A DNA stretch of 63,906 nt, counting the filler, from Squatina squatina (Eukaryota): NCBI GenBank assembly GCA_031763465.1. It is 4 parts of 4 records of this genome, joined end to end, with 100 filler letters (N's around TTAATTAATTAA, not from the genome) between each part and the next. Parts side by side here need not be neighbours in the genome. Positions count along the whole stretch, not along the records: positions 34,958 to 51,889 come from JARFOE010000058.1; positions 51,990 to 63,906 come from JARFOE010062771.1; 2 more parts are not named here. One strand, written 5' to 3'. A program made the translations under genes and the position numbers. How positions within the stretch are numbered: position 1 is the stretch's first letter; the number at the start of each line of letters is the position of its first letter. The notes under the pieces are model-generated. The model did not search any database and was not told the DNA's origin. It saw only the letters and a program-made list of their open reading frames with translations. Positions 47,014 through 59,900 of this stretch are shown in pieces.

Positions 47014-49514
47014 NNNNNNNNNNNNNNNNNNNNNNNNNNNNNNNNNNNNNNNNNNNNNNNNNNNNNNNNNNNNNNNNNNNNNNNNNNNNNNNNNNNNNNN
47101 NNNNNNNNNNNNNGTGAGGTTAACTTGGTGGGACAAGGGACGTATTTACACATTGGTAGTTTCAAGGGTGAAAAGCTGTGGTGAAGCAAAGTTGCTCACG
47201 AAAAGATTTGAAACTCAGTCAATTGGAGCCAACTAATGCATTTTAGGTAAAAATACAACCATTTGCACATCTCGGCTGGGGTCATCAGCAAGTCATCTCT
47301 CTCCAAATTTCAGTTTGACCTGGATGAATGGTAATCTTATCTGCCCACAGTTGAGAGAAAAAAACCAACTGCACATTAAGTGAACGCCCTGTTCTCCCCC
47401 TTGTCAAACTGAATGCACAATCTAGACGGCTAATGTGAACAGTCAAGTGAGATGCAAACACTCAGTGAAGGCAGCAAGAGTTGCATACTTGCACACTGCT
47501 TTCAATCATGGGGCGTTTCATTCACTGTAGGGACTTTTGTTTGTTTTAGTTGATAAGGACGCCTGCTCTATCAAATGCAATTAATATTGGGAGCAATTCA
47601 TCATCTTAAAAACCCCATTTTAACCACTTTCCCATTAACTTAACAGTGAGAGGAAAATGACCCAGATCCCTGCTTCCTGTGAAAGAGAGGAAGGATGCTG
47701 TGTGAGAAAGAGGAGCAAGGCATTGCAATGTGCATTCAATGAAGAGGAAATGATGTGACACAGCAGGAGCAGCCTGATGCGGCAGGAAGTCTCATGATTC
47801 ACTTTTATCTGTAAGCAGATTCCGAAGTAGAGCGAAGCACAAAAGAGGGATTTTCTGCAGCATAATTTCTAACCATCAATCTACCCTCATTTATATCCTT
47901 ATTTTCAGAACTATCAGNNNNNNNNNNCAAAAGCCCAGAACTAATCCTAGGATCGAGCGATTTTCGTCCAGGAATATGATAAAGTTATGATCTACCATCA
48001 CCAAACATGAGGAGTGAAGTATGGGTGGCTGAATGGGGATGGGAACTCGTTGCAAGGACGAGGGGTTAAGGCACCTACAGGTTTAATGGAAAACTCTCTC
48101 CATCAATCACCAAGGTACCCCAGCAGTGATTGATGCTTTTATTGCCCATTGGGTAACCACCTTTCCTTCAATTGACAGTATTGTTGATTGATGGGTAAGG
48201 CTGGAAGGCTGGCCTGCCAATCACTGGCGCAGTCCAATCATGATTGATGGCTCCACTGACCAATTACAGAAGGCAGCGTGCAATGCACTCTATCTATATT
48301 TCCAGTCATTAACCCTTTAGTAACACTGGGCGCTTGGTATGCCATTGCGTTCTGCAACTCAGCTGTGGGGAGGGGGTGTGGAGGGGGTTTTACAATATAA
48401 GGTTACAGAAATAGGGAGGAGCAAGGCCATGGAGAGATTTTAAAAGGAAGATGAGAATTTTACAATGTATGTTCACTTACTGTAGTGCTACCGCTAAAAG
48501 TGGAACTGGACAAGTTGTTTTTGATTGGATATAACATCTTGAATGGGATTATTTACACTGCTTCCCATTTCACATTTGTATAGGGTCTTCTTGAGCTGAA
48601 GGGATAGAATGAGACAACCTTTAACCTGACTGGGGCCCTGTACCCAGAGCACCGCCCTCTGCAGACCCAGAACTCTGAGAGCAGCATTCCTAATCTTAGG
48701 AGTAACAGCAGGTAGTCCAAATGTGTATTTAACAGCTGCTCCCCACTTTACCGGCAGTCTGTTCCCACTTGAGCACAGCAGCCCACAGAGCAATGCAGAG
48801 GAAGCAATAGGGTTTGTGTGTCTGTGGGACTCGCTTGGTGAGATGAGTGGGGTAATGAGCAGAAGTGTGGGTATTGCAAGATGTTTGGGTGAAGAGGGAG
48901 CATTACACTGGGAAAGTACCACAGATTGTTACTGTCACTTCTGCTTCTATTCAGCAAGGATCTAACACGGGCGTGATCTGCGCAGTCGCGGTTTAGCTCC
49001 AGAGGGTCAATACATTACATACTTTGCACATCGAAGCGTTAAGCTTAAGGGGAAGTATATCTTCCTCTTCAAGTTTTCTCACAGTTACCAAACACTGCTA
49101 ATGTTAATGAAACAGTTTGGATAAGCGATCCCTCTTTTGTGCAGTACCTAGAATTAAATAAAACACAAATGAGCTGCTAGCAGATTCCATGGGGCAGTTT
49201 AATTCCAGTGCTGACAAAGCTTAATAGATGGAGTCGGTTTATCAATGTTTTATACAAAGCATTGCCTTTTAAAGTATTGACTATTGATCCAACACAATTG
49301 TTTTTAAAAGTACGTGTCTGCTGATTCTACAGAAACAAAGCAGCTGGAGGGATAACTCTGTGTAGACAGTATTGAAAGCCAGTGAAGCATTTTGAATGAT
49401 GTCTGTCACCAAGGAGATGTTAACTACAAAATGAAACTAAATAAATCGCCTTCCATTAATACAGGAGTGAGGAGTTACTTCAACATGGAACTATTGCAAT
49501 AGAACTGAAGTAAA

Positions 49515-49625
49515 AGAGAAAATGCTGGAAACACTCAGCTGGTCAGGTAGCCTCTGTGGAGAGAGAAACAGAGTTAACGTTTCAGGTCGGTGACCCTTCG
49601 TCAGAAGTGGGAAAAGTTCGAGATG
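49515..49625 (-). mobile_element. Penelope-type repeat end
   Basis: Minus strand reads CTGACGAAGGGTCACCGACCTGAAACGTTAACTCTGTTTCTCTCTCCACAGAGGCTACCTGACCAGCTGAGTGTTTCCAGCATTTTCT; four related copies in the window. Confidence 0.7.
49571..49609 (-). ncRNA. Candidate minimal type-I hammerhead ribozyme
   Basis: CUGACGA, extra A, GGGUC/GACCU stem II, GAAAC-GUU with palindromic ACGU in place of stem III, and weak stem I (CACUU/AACUC). Confidence 0.5.
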
Positions 49626-49725
49626 NNNNNNNNNNNNNNNNNNNNNNNNNNNNNNNNNNNNNNNNNNNNNNNNNNNNNNNNNNNNNNNNNNNNNNNNNNN
49701 NNNNNNNNNNNNNNNNNNNNNNNNN

Positions 49726-49860
49726 CGGCGCTCCCTCAGTACTGCCCCTCCGACAGTGCGGCGCTCCCTCAGTACTGCCCCTCCGACAGTGCGGCGCTCC
49801 CTAAGTACTGCGCCTCAGATAGTACAGCGCTCCCCTAGTACTGCACTGGAAGTGTCAGCC
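49726..49860. repeat. 33-bp tandem repeat (about 3.5 copies visible) derived from the Deu-SINE
   Basis: Unit CGGCGCTCCCTCAGTACTGCCCCTCCGACAGTG; the last unit runs into GCACTGGAAGTGTCAGCC as in SINE 41508-41550. Confidence 0.85.
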
Positions 49861-49899
49861 TGGATTACGGGTCTGTAGTCTCTGGATATTAAACATCCT

Positions 49900-50145
49900 C
49901 CTGGTAGAGGGCAGGGGAGTTCTCCCGGTGACTTTGTTAACATTGCCCCCTTCAACCATCACCACCAAAATTTACAGACCAAAAATGGTCATTCACCTTC
50001 TTGTGGTTTGCAGGATCTTGCTGTGCACAAGTATGATCGTCCACCAGCCCAGGTTTGCTTGCATAGTGTTCACTGCACTTCAAAGTACTTCATTGCTCGT
50101 GAAGTGCTTTGAGGCATTTCGGAGAGATGTGATGAGGCAAGTACT
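49900..50145 (+). mobile_element. Degenerate Deu-SINE 3' half
   Basis: GCAGGGGAGTTCTCCCGGTG..GGATCTTGCTGTGCACAA..CTGCACTTCAAAGTACTTCATTG..AAGTGCTTTG. Confidence 0.6.
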
Positions 50146-51377
50146 CTCTTCTCTCCACTCGGGAGCGCCTGCGAATTGGGTGCGCGCCTGGTCAATTTAG
50201 AATGTTTACTAAATAAAGCCTCAGTTGTCACAGCTGGGGGTAGGAACAGGAGGAGATAACACTCTGATCTCGGTAATGTACAAGATTACAGGATGTGGAA
50301 CAGATTCCACTTCGGCTAACATACCTGGAAAGGTGGAGATCTCAATCATTTGACAAGGCTGTCTTTCACGCTTTCCAGACCACCGACCAACTAACAACCC
50401 CCGACCCACTCACCATCCGAGTTCAAGGAGAATTAGAAAGCAAAATGAGAAGACAGTACTTTTTAGGAACTCAGTATACACGAATTGCCGAAAACTGTTG
50501 TTGGGAACTAGTAGTCATACAGATAAAGGAAAGCACTCAAACATCCTGCAATAAACACCAGAGATCGTTTCTCAGTCTTGTATTTTATTATGTCTGATAA
50601 ATAATCACTTAGCATCAACAAGTATTGAGTTTTCTCATTATAAATACAGTACAAGGTTCTTGGTAGCAAAGATGGCATAAGTTAAAAGTAAAATAGAGAT
50701 TTCATTAAAGAGAAGAGCTAAAAGGATTGTTCACACAGTGACCTGGCCGGGAACTGAAGATGCATATTCAAGCGTATCTGGCAGATTTGAGGCTCAGGAA
50801 CCATAGCACTTGATGTTGAAATCAGAAGATTGTGAAGCATCTTATTACACTTTGCCAGGTCATCACTTAATGCTTTGCGAATTTCTTTCTCAACATAAAA
50901 AAACTCCCATTTCATTTTCATGCAGATTTTTTATTGTTTTGTGTTACATAACAATTTGCATTAAGAATATATTAACACAACGTTGTAAGTGAGAAGACAG
51001 TATAGTGAAACACTTTACAAAAATTGGCAAATTATTCGGCGGTTCTCTTCCTGAAATTACTGGTACGCCAAAGGCAGCAAAATCGCCCCCTTTAAATACA
51101 AAAATATTTATGTACAAGTAGTAAAATTTTCCAATGGCTAACTGGTAATTTACAAGATATCCCAAAAAATTGTTTTGTTTTTTGTTTTAGCAAGAGCGTT
51201 GTGCTGTGATAAACATGGGATACTGGATGTCCTGTGCTCATAAAATCTAACGAATACATCCGCGAAAACATCTTCATNNNNNNNNNNNNNNNNNNNNNNN
51301 NNNNNNNNNNNNNNNNNNNNNNNNNNNNNNNNNNNNNNNNNNNNNNNNNNNNNNNNNNNNNNNNNNNNNNNNNNNNN

Positions 51378-51875
51378 TTCGACAGTAATGCCTCATTTGC
51401 ATATGGTCTGCTTTGTGAAAGTTTGGTGCTCGCTCCCCCTGGGGAGATGCGAGCGTGCCAGAGTTGGCCGCCATAGAAACAGTCGAGACAGCCTGCAGTT
51501 CTCCAAAAATACCCTGTTCACCAGAATCTAGGACCTGGCCACGAGCAACCGGCTCCTTTTTCTTGATGGGCATCTCGTATTGGACCTTCTTCCAAAACTT
51601 GGAATTCAGTTTGTTGCATTTAGGCCCACACCACTTGATGACAGAGAGAAGTTTGATAGTGTCTTTTAAGGCTTCAATTTCATGGTAGTTCATTATCCCT
51701 TGCACATCGGGGCACTCGATCAAAATAACCTTGATTTCTCCGGTCACAAGCATGTTGTGCAGTCTGTTTTCGAGCTGAAAAATGCTCCACCCGCGCCTTA
51801 TGACATAGTCTGGTGTCAGCACGATAATCAATCTCCGACTTTGATCAACGCATCTTGCCAAATCTTCAATGTAAG
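51378..51875 (-). CDS. IL1RAPL2: IL1RAPL2 last coding exon (TIR domain and C-terminal tail), truncated by a gap
   Basis: ccgcag|[83 protein letters not shown]; LTPDY, LHNML and MPIKKKE favour IL1RAPL2 over IL1RAPL1. Confidence 0.9.
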
Positions 51876-51889
51876 CTGCGGATTGAGAA

Positions 51890-51989
51890 NNNNNNNNNNN
51901 NNNNNNNNNNNNNNNNNNNNNNNNNNNNNNNNNTTAATTAATTAANNNNNNNNNNNNNNNNNNNNNNNNNNNNNNNNNNNNNNNNNNNN
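51890..51989. other. Artificial record-joining linker
   Basis: N44-TTAATTAATTAA-N44. Confidence 0.95.
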
Positions 51990-54900
51990 TGAGGAGCTGT
52001 GTGTTTAGTGTGAGGAACTGTGTGTTTAGTGTGAGGAGCTGTGTGTTTAGTGTGAGGAACTGTGTGTTTAGTGTGAGGAACTGTGTGTTTAGTGTGAGGA
52101 ACTGTGTGTTTAGTGTGAGGAGCTGTGTGTTTAGTGTGAGGAACTGTGTGTTTATTGTGAGGAGCTCTGTGTTTACTGTGAGGAACTGTGTGTTTCGTGT
52201 GAGAGGCTGTGTGTTCAGTGTGAGGAACTGTGAGTTTAGTGTGAGGAGCTGCGTGTTTAATGTGAGGAACTGTGTGTTTCGTGTGAGAGGCTGTGTGTTT
52301 AGTGTGAGGAACTGTGTGTTTAGTGTGAGGAGCTGTGTGTTTAGTGTGATGAGCTGTGTGTTTAGTGTGAGGAGCTCTGTGTTTAGTGTGAGGAGCTGTG
52401 TGTTTAGTGTGAGGCTCTGTGTTTAGTTTGACGAGCTGTGTGCACATTGTGAGGAGCTCTGTGCTTAGTGTGAGTAAATGTGTGCATAGTGTGAGGAACA
52501 GTGTGTTCAGTGTGAGGAACTGTGTGTTTAATGTGAGGAGCTGTGTGTTTGGTGTGAGGAGCTTTGTGTTTAGTGTGACGAGCTGCGTGCTCTGTGTGAG
52601 GAGTTATGTGTATATTGTGACTAGCTGTTTGTACAGTGTGAGGAGCTTTGTCTTTATGTTAGAGGCTGTGTGTTTCGTGTGAGGACCTGTGTGTTTAGTG
52701 TGTGAGGCTGTGTGTTTCGTGTGAGGAACTGTGTGCATAGTGTGAGGAGCTGTGTGAATATTGTGAGCAGCTGTATGTTTAGCGTGAGGTGCTTTGTGTA
52801 TAGTTTGAGGAACTAGGTGTTTAGTGTGAGGAGCTCTATGTTTAGTGTGAGGAACTGTTTGCATACTGTGAGGAGCTGTATGTTTAGTGTGAGGAGCTGT
52901 GAGTATAGTGTGAGGAACTAGGTATTTAGTGCGAGGAGCTGTGATTTTAGTGCGAGGAGCTGTGTGTTTGGTGTGAGGAGCTGTGTTTAGTGTGAGGAGT
53001 TGCGTGCTCTGTGTGATGAGCTATGTTTATATTGTGAGGAGCTGTCTGTACAGTGTGAGGAGCTTTGTCTTTAGTGTGAGAGGCTGTGTGTTTCGTGTGA
53101 GGACATGTGTGTTTATTGTGAGAGGCTGTGTGTTTCGTGTGAGGAACTGTGTGCATAGTGTGAGAGGCTGTGTGCTCAGTGTGAGGGGCTGTGTGCTTAG
53201 TGTGAGGAGATGTGTGCATAGTGTGAGGAACAGTGTGGTGTGAGGGGCTGCGTGCTCAGTGTGAGGAGCTGTGTGCCTATTGCGAGGAGCTGAGTGTACA
53301 GTGTGAGGAGCTGTATGTTTAGTGTGAGGAGCTCTGTGTTTAGTGTGAGCAACTGTGTGCATAGTGTGAGGAACTATGTGTTCAGCGTGAGGGACTGTGT
53401 GCATAGTGTGAAGACCTGTGTGCACAGTGTGAGGAGCTGTGTGTTTAGTGTGAGGAACTGTGTGTTTATTGTGAGGAACTGTGAGTTTAGTATGAGGAGT
53501 TGCGTGTTTAATGTGAGGAACTGTGTGTTTCGTGTGAGGAGCTGTGTGTTCAGTGTGAAGAGCTGTGTGCATAGTGTGAGGAGCTGTGTGCGTAGTGTGA
53601 GGAGCTGTGTGAGTATTGTGAGGAGCTGTGTGTTTACTGTGAGAAGCTGTGTGAATATTGTGAGCAGCTGTGTGCATACTGTGAGGAGCTGTATGTTTAG
53701 TGTGAGGAGCTGTGTGTATAGTGTGAGGAACTAGGTGTTTAGTGTGAGGAGCTGTGTGTTTGGTGTGAGGAGCTGTGTGCATACTGTGAGGAGCTGTATG
53801 TTTCGTGTGAGGAGCTGTGTGTATAGTGTGAGGAACTAGGTGTTTAGTGTGAGGAGCTGTGTTTTTAGTGCGAGGGGCTGTGTGTTTGGTGTGAGGAGCT
53901 ATGTGTTTAGTGTGAGGAGCTGCGTGCTCTGTGTGAGGAGCTATGTGTATATTGTGAGGAGCTGTTTGTACAGTGTGAGGAGCTTTGTCTTTAGTGTGAG
54001 AGGCTCTGTGTTTCGTGTGAGGACCTGTGTGTTTAGTGTGACAGGCTGTGTGTTTCGTGTGAGGAACTGTGTGTTTAGTGTGAGAGGCTGTGTGTTTCGT
54101 GTGAGGAGCTGTGTGCTCAGTGTGAGGAGCTGTGTGCATATTGTGAGGAGTGGTGTGTTTAGTGTGAGGAGCTGCGTGCTCCGTGTGAGGAGCTGAATGT
54201 ACAGTGTGAGGAGCTTTGTGTTTAGTGTGAGTAGCTGTGGATTTAGTGTGAGGAACTGTGTGCATAGTGTGAGGAGCTGTGTGTTCAGTGTGAGGAGCTG
54301 TGCGCATAGTGTCAGGAGCTGTGTGTTTAGTGTGAGGAACTGTGTGTTTAGTGTGAGGAACTGTGTGTTCAGTGTGAGGAGCATTATATGCAGTGTGTGG
54401 AGCTGTGTGTTTAGTGTTAGGAGCTGTGTGTTCAGTGTGAGGAGCTGAGTGTTCAGTGTGAGAAGCTCTGTGTTTCGTGTTAGGAGCTGTGTGTTTAGTG
54501 TGAGGAGCTGTGTGCATATTGTGAGGAGCTGTGTGTACATTGTGAGGAGCTGAGTGTTCAGTGTGAGGAGCTGTGTGCACATTGTGAGGAGCTCTGTGTT
54601 TCGTGTCAGGAGCCGTGTGTTTAGTGTGAGGGGATGTGTGTTTAGTGTGAGGAGCTTTGTGCATATTGTGAGGAGCTGTGTGTACAGTGTGAGGAGCTGT
54701 GTGCATATTATGAGGGGCTGTGCGTTTAGTGTGAGGAGATGTGTGTTTAGTATGAGGGGCTATGTGTTTTGTGTGAGGAGTTGTCTGTTCATTGTGAGGA
54801 GCTGTGCGTTCACTTTGATGGTCTGTATGTTTAATGTGAAGAGCTGTGTGCATAGTGTGAGGAGCTGTGTGTTCAGTGTGAGCAGCTGTGTGCATAGTGT

Positions 54901-56916
54901 GAGGAACTGTGTTTAGTGTGAAGAGCTGTGTGTTTAGTGTGAGGGGCTGTGTGTTCAATGTGAGGGGCTGTGTGTTCATTTTGAGGAGCTGTGTGCACAG
55001 TGAGAGGAGCTGTGTGTTTAGTGTGAAGGGTTGTGTGTTTAGTGTGAGGAGCCTTGTGATTAGTGTGAGGGGCTGTGTATTTAGTGTGAGGCGCTGTATG
55101 TTCAGTGTGAGGGGCTGTGCGTTCAGTGTGAGGAGCTGTGTGTTTAGTGTGAGGTGCTGTGTGTTTAGTGTAGCGGAGCTGTGTGCATAGTGTGAGGAGC
55201 TGTGCGTTCAGTGTGAGGAGCTGCGTGCATATTGCGAGGAGCTGAGTGTACAGTGCGAAGAGCTGTGTGAATTTTGTGAGGGGCTGTATGTTTAGTGTGA
55301 GGAGCTGTGTGCACAGTGCGAGGAGATGTGTGTTTCGTGCGAGGAGCTGTGTGCATATTGTGAGGAGCTGAGTGTACAGTGTGAGGAGCTGTGTGTTTCG
55401 TGTGAGAATCTATGTGTTTAGTGTGAGGAGCTGTGTGTTTTGCGTGAGGAGCTGTGTGTTCAATGTGAGGGTCTGTGTGTTCAGTGTGAGGAGCTGTGTG
55501 TTTTGCGTGAGGGACTGTGTGTTCAGTCTGAGGGACTGTGTTTTTAGTGTGAGGGACTGTGTGTTCAGTGTGAGGGACTGTGTGTTTAGTGTGAGGAGCT
55601 GTGTGTTTTGTGTGACGGATTGTGTGTTCAATGTGAGGGACTGTGTGTTTAGTGTGAGGAGCTGTGTTTTCAATGTGAGGGACTGTGTGTTCAGTGTGAG
55701 GAGCTGTGTGTTCGGTGTGAGGAGATGTGTGGTTCGTATGAGGAGCATTGCGTACAGTGTGAGGAGCTGTGTGCATATTGTGAGGGGCTGTGTGTTTAGT
55801 GTGAGGAGATGTGTGTTTACTGTTAGGCACTATGTGTTTCGTGTGAGGAGTTGTGTGCATAGTGTGCGGAGCTGTGTGTACAGTGTGAGGAGCTGTGTGA
55901 ATATTGTGAGGGGCTGCATGTTTAGTGTGAGGAGGTGTGTGCTCAGTGTGAGGAGCTGTGTGTACATTGTGAGGAGCTGTGCACATATTGTGAGGAGCTG
56001 TGTGTTTCGTGTGAGGAGATGTGTGTTTAGTGCGAGGAGCTGTGTGTTTAGTGTGAGCGGCTGTGTGTTTAGTGTGAGGAGCTGTGTGCATAGTTTGAGG
56101 AGCTGTGTGTACATTGTGAGGAGCTGTGTGCATATTGTGAGGAGCTGTGTGTTTAGTGTGAGGGGATGTGTGTTTCGTGTGAGGAGCTGTGAGTTTAGTG
56201 TGAGGAGCTGTGTGTTTAGTGTGAGGAGCTGTGTGTTTAGTGTGAGAAGCTATGTGTTTCGTGTGAGGGGCTGTGTGAGGAGATGTGTGTTTGGTGTGAG
56301 GGACTGTGTGTTTAGTGTGAGGAGCTGTGTGTTCAATGTGAGGGGCTGTGTGTTCTGTGTGAGGAGCTGTGTGCTTAGTGTGAGGAGATGTGAATTTCGT
56401 GTGAGCAGCTGTATGTTTAGTGTGAGGCGCTGTGTGCATAGTGTGAGGAACTGTGTGCAGAGTGTGAGGAGCTTTGTGTTTAGTATTAGGAGCTCTGTGT
56501 ATCGCGTGTGGGGCTGTGTGTTCAGTGTGAGGAGATGTGTGTTTAGTATGATGGGCTCTGTCTTTAGTGTGAGGGGCTGTGTGTTCACTGTGAGGAGCTG
56601 TGTGTCTAGTGTGAGGAACTGTCTGTGGTGTGAGGAGCTGTGTGCAGATTGTGAGGAGCTCTGTGTTTCGTGTGAAGTGCTGTGTGTTTAGTGTAAGGAG
56701 CTGTTTGCATAGTGTGAAGAGCTGTGTTTACAATGTGAGGAGCTGTCTGCAAATTGTGAGGGACGGTGTGTTTAGTGTGAGGAGATGTCTGTTCAGTGTG
56801 AGGAACTGTGTGTTTCATGTGATGGGCTGTGTGTTCACTGTGAGGAGCTGTGTGATATTGTGAGGAGCTGTGTGTATAGTGTGAGGAGCTGTGTGCATAG
56901 TGTAAGGAGCTGCGTG
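51990..56916 (+). repeat. 21-bp minisatellite array, left arm (G/T-rich on +)
   Basis: Consensus GTGTGAGGAGCTGTGTGTTTA, roughly 235 degenerate units by length. Confidence 0.97.
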
Positions 56917-56918
56917 CT

Positions 56919-59900
56919 CACACAGCTCCTCACACTATGCACACAGCTCCTCACACTGAACAAACAGCTCCGCACTCTAAACTCACAGCTCCTCACAGGA
57001 AACACACAACCCCTCGCACTGAATACACGTCTCCTCATATTAAACACACAGATCCTCACACTCTGCACACAGCTCCTCACACTAAACAGAAGTCTCCTCA
57101 CACTGAAAACACTGACCCTCACACTGAATATACAGCGCTTCACACTAAACACACAGCTCCTCACACTAAACACACAGCCCCTCACACTAAACACACAGCT
57201 CCTCATACTAAACACACAGCTCCTCACAGGAAGCACACAGCCGCTCACACTAACACACGTCTCATCACACTAAACACAGAGCCCCTCACAATATCCACAC
57301 AGTTCCTCACACTGTACACACAGCTCCTCACACGATGCACACAGCTCCCCACCCTGTGCAGACAGATCCTCACACTAAACACACAGCTCTTCACACTGTA
57401 CACACAGCTCCTCACACTAAAAACTCAGCCCCTCACACTAAACACACAGCTCCTCATACTAAACACACAGCCCCTCAAACTAAACACGCAGCTCCTCACA
57501 GTAAACACACAGCTCCTCACATTAAACACACAGCTCCTCACACTAAACACACTGCCCCTCACAATATTCACACAGCTCCTCTCACTTTACGCACAGCTCC
57601 TCACACTAAACACACAGCTCCTCACACTAAACACACTGCCCCTCACAATATTCACACAGCTCATCTCACTGTACACACAGCTCCTCATACTGTGCACACA
57701 GCTCCTCACATTAAACACACAGCCCTTCACAATATTCACACAGCTCCTCTCACTGTACACACAGCTCCTCACACTGTGCACACAGATCCTCACACTAAAC
57801 ACACAGCTCCTCACATTCTGCACACAGCTCCTCACACTATACACACAGCTCCTCACACTAAACATACAGTTCCTCACAGTATGCACACAGCTCCTCAGAA
57901 TACTCACACAGCTCCTCACACTACTCACACAGCTCCTCACACTACGCTCACAGCTCCTCACACTGAACACACAGCTCCTCACGTTAAACACACAGTGCCT
58001 CACACTAAACACGCAGCTCCTCACTCTAAACGCACAGTTCCTCACGCTAACCACACAGCTCGTGACACTGATCACACAGCTCCGAACACTGAGCACGCAG
58101 CTCCTGACATTAAACACAGTTCCTCACACTTTGCACACAGCTCCTCACACTGATCACACAGCTCCTTACACCATGCACACAGTTCCTCACACTGGACACA
58201 CAGCCCCTCACACTGTACACACAGCACCTCACACTGAACACACAGCCCCTCACCCGAAATTAACCGCACCTCACACTAAACACAGAGCTCCTCACAGATC
58301 CTCACACGAAACACACAACCCCTCATACTAAACACCCACCTCCTCACACTGAACACGCAGCTCCTCACACTAAACACAAAGCCCCTCACACTAAATAAAC
58401 AGCTCCTCAAACTAAACGCATAGTTGCTCACACTGAACAAACAGCCCCTCGCACTAAACACACATCCCCTCTCACTAAATACACAGCCCCTCACACTGAA
58501 CACACAGTCCCTCACAAAAACACACAGCTCCTCACACTAAACACACAGCCCCTCACACTAAATACACAGCCTGTCACACTAAATACACAGCCCCTCACAC
58601 TGAAAACACAGCCACACACAAAAACACACAGCTCTCACACTAAACACAGAGCCCCTCACAATCTATTCACAGCTCCTCACACTGTGCACACAGCTCCTCA
58701 CACTAAACACAGCTCTTCACACTATGCGCACAGCTCCTCACATTCAACACACAGTTCCTCACACTAAACATGCAGCTCCTCACAGTAAACACATATTTCC
58801 TCACAAGAAAAACACACAGCTCTTCACACTATGCACACAGCTCCTCACAGTACACATACAGGACCTCACACGAAACACACAGCTCCTCACACTATGCACA
58901 CAGGTCCTCACACTGAACAAACAGCTCCGCACACGAAACACACAGCCCCTCACATTAAACACACAGCTCCTCACACTGTGCACACAGCTCCTCACACTAA
59001 ACACAGCTCTTCACACTATGTGCACAGCTCCTCACACTCAACACACAGTTCCTCACACTAAACACTCAGCTCCTCACAGTAAACACACAGTTCCTCACAT
59101 AAAAAACACGCAGCTCCTCACACGATGTACACAGTTCCTCACTCTGAACATACAGCTCCTCACACTATGCACACAGCTCCTCACACTATGCAAAAAGCTA
59201 CTCACACTGAACACACAGTTGCTCACACGAAACACGCAGCTCCTCACACTAATCACACGGACCCTCACACTGAACTACAGCCCCTCAAACTAAACACACA
59301 GCTCCTCACACACAACACACTTCGCCTCACACTATTCACACAGTTCCTCGTACTAAACACACAGCTCCTCACACTAAACACACAGCTCCTCACAATATAC
59401 ACAAAGCTCCTCACACTAAACACAAAGCTCCTCACACTATGCACACAGCTCCTCACAGGAAACTCACAGCTCTTCACACTGTGCACAAAGATTCTCACAC
59501 TATGCTCACAGCTCCTCACCTTGATCTCACAGCTCCGCACACGAAACACACAGCCCAGCACACTAATCACAAAGCCCCGCACACTAAAAACACAGCTGCT
59601 CACAGTTTGCACACAGCTCCTCACACTGTGCACATAGCTCCTCACACTAAACACACAGACCTGACTCTAAACACACAGCTACTCACACTAAAAACACAGC
59701 CGCTCACAATATTCACACAGCTCCTCACACTGAACAAACTGCTCCTCACTCTGTGCACACAGCTACTCACACTGAGCAAACGGCTCCTTACACTGAAAAC
59801 ACAGCTCCTCACGCTATGCACACAGCTGCTCACACTAAACACACAGCTCTTCACACGAAACACACAGCTCCTCACACTAAAAACACAGCTCCTCACACGA

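Noticed and set aside
51378-51875. TIR domain as a bacterial Thoeris-like defence gene
   Set aside because: It is a spliced vertebrate IL1RAPL2 exon with the family-specific C-terminal tail
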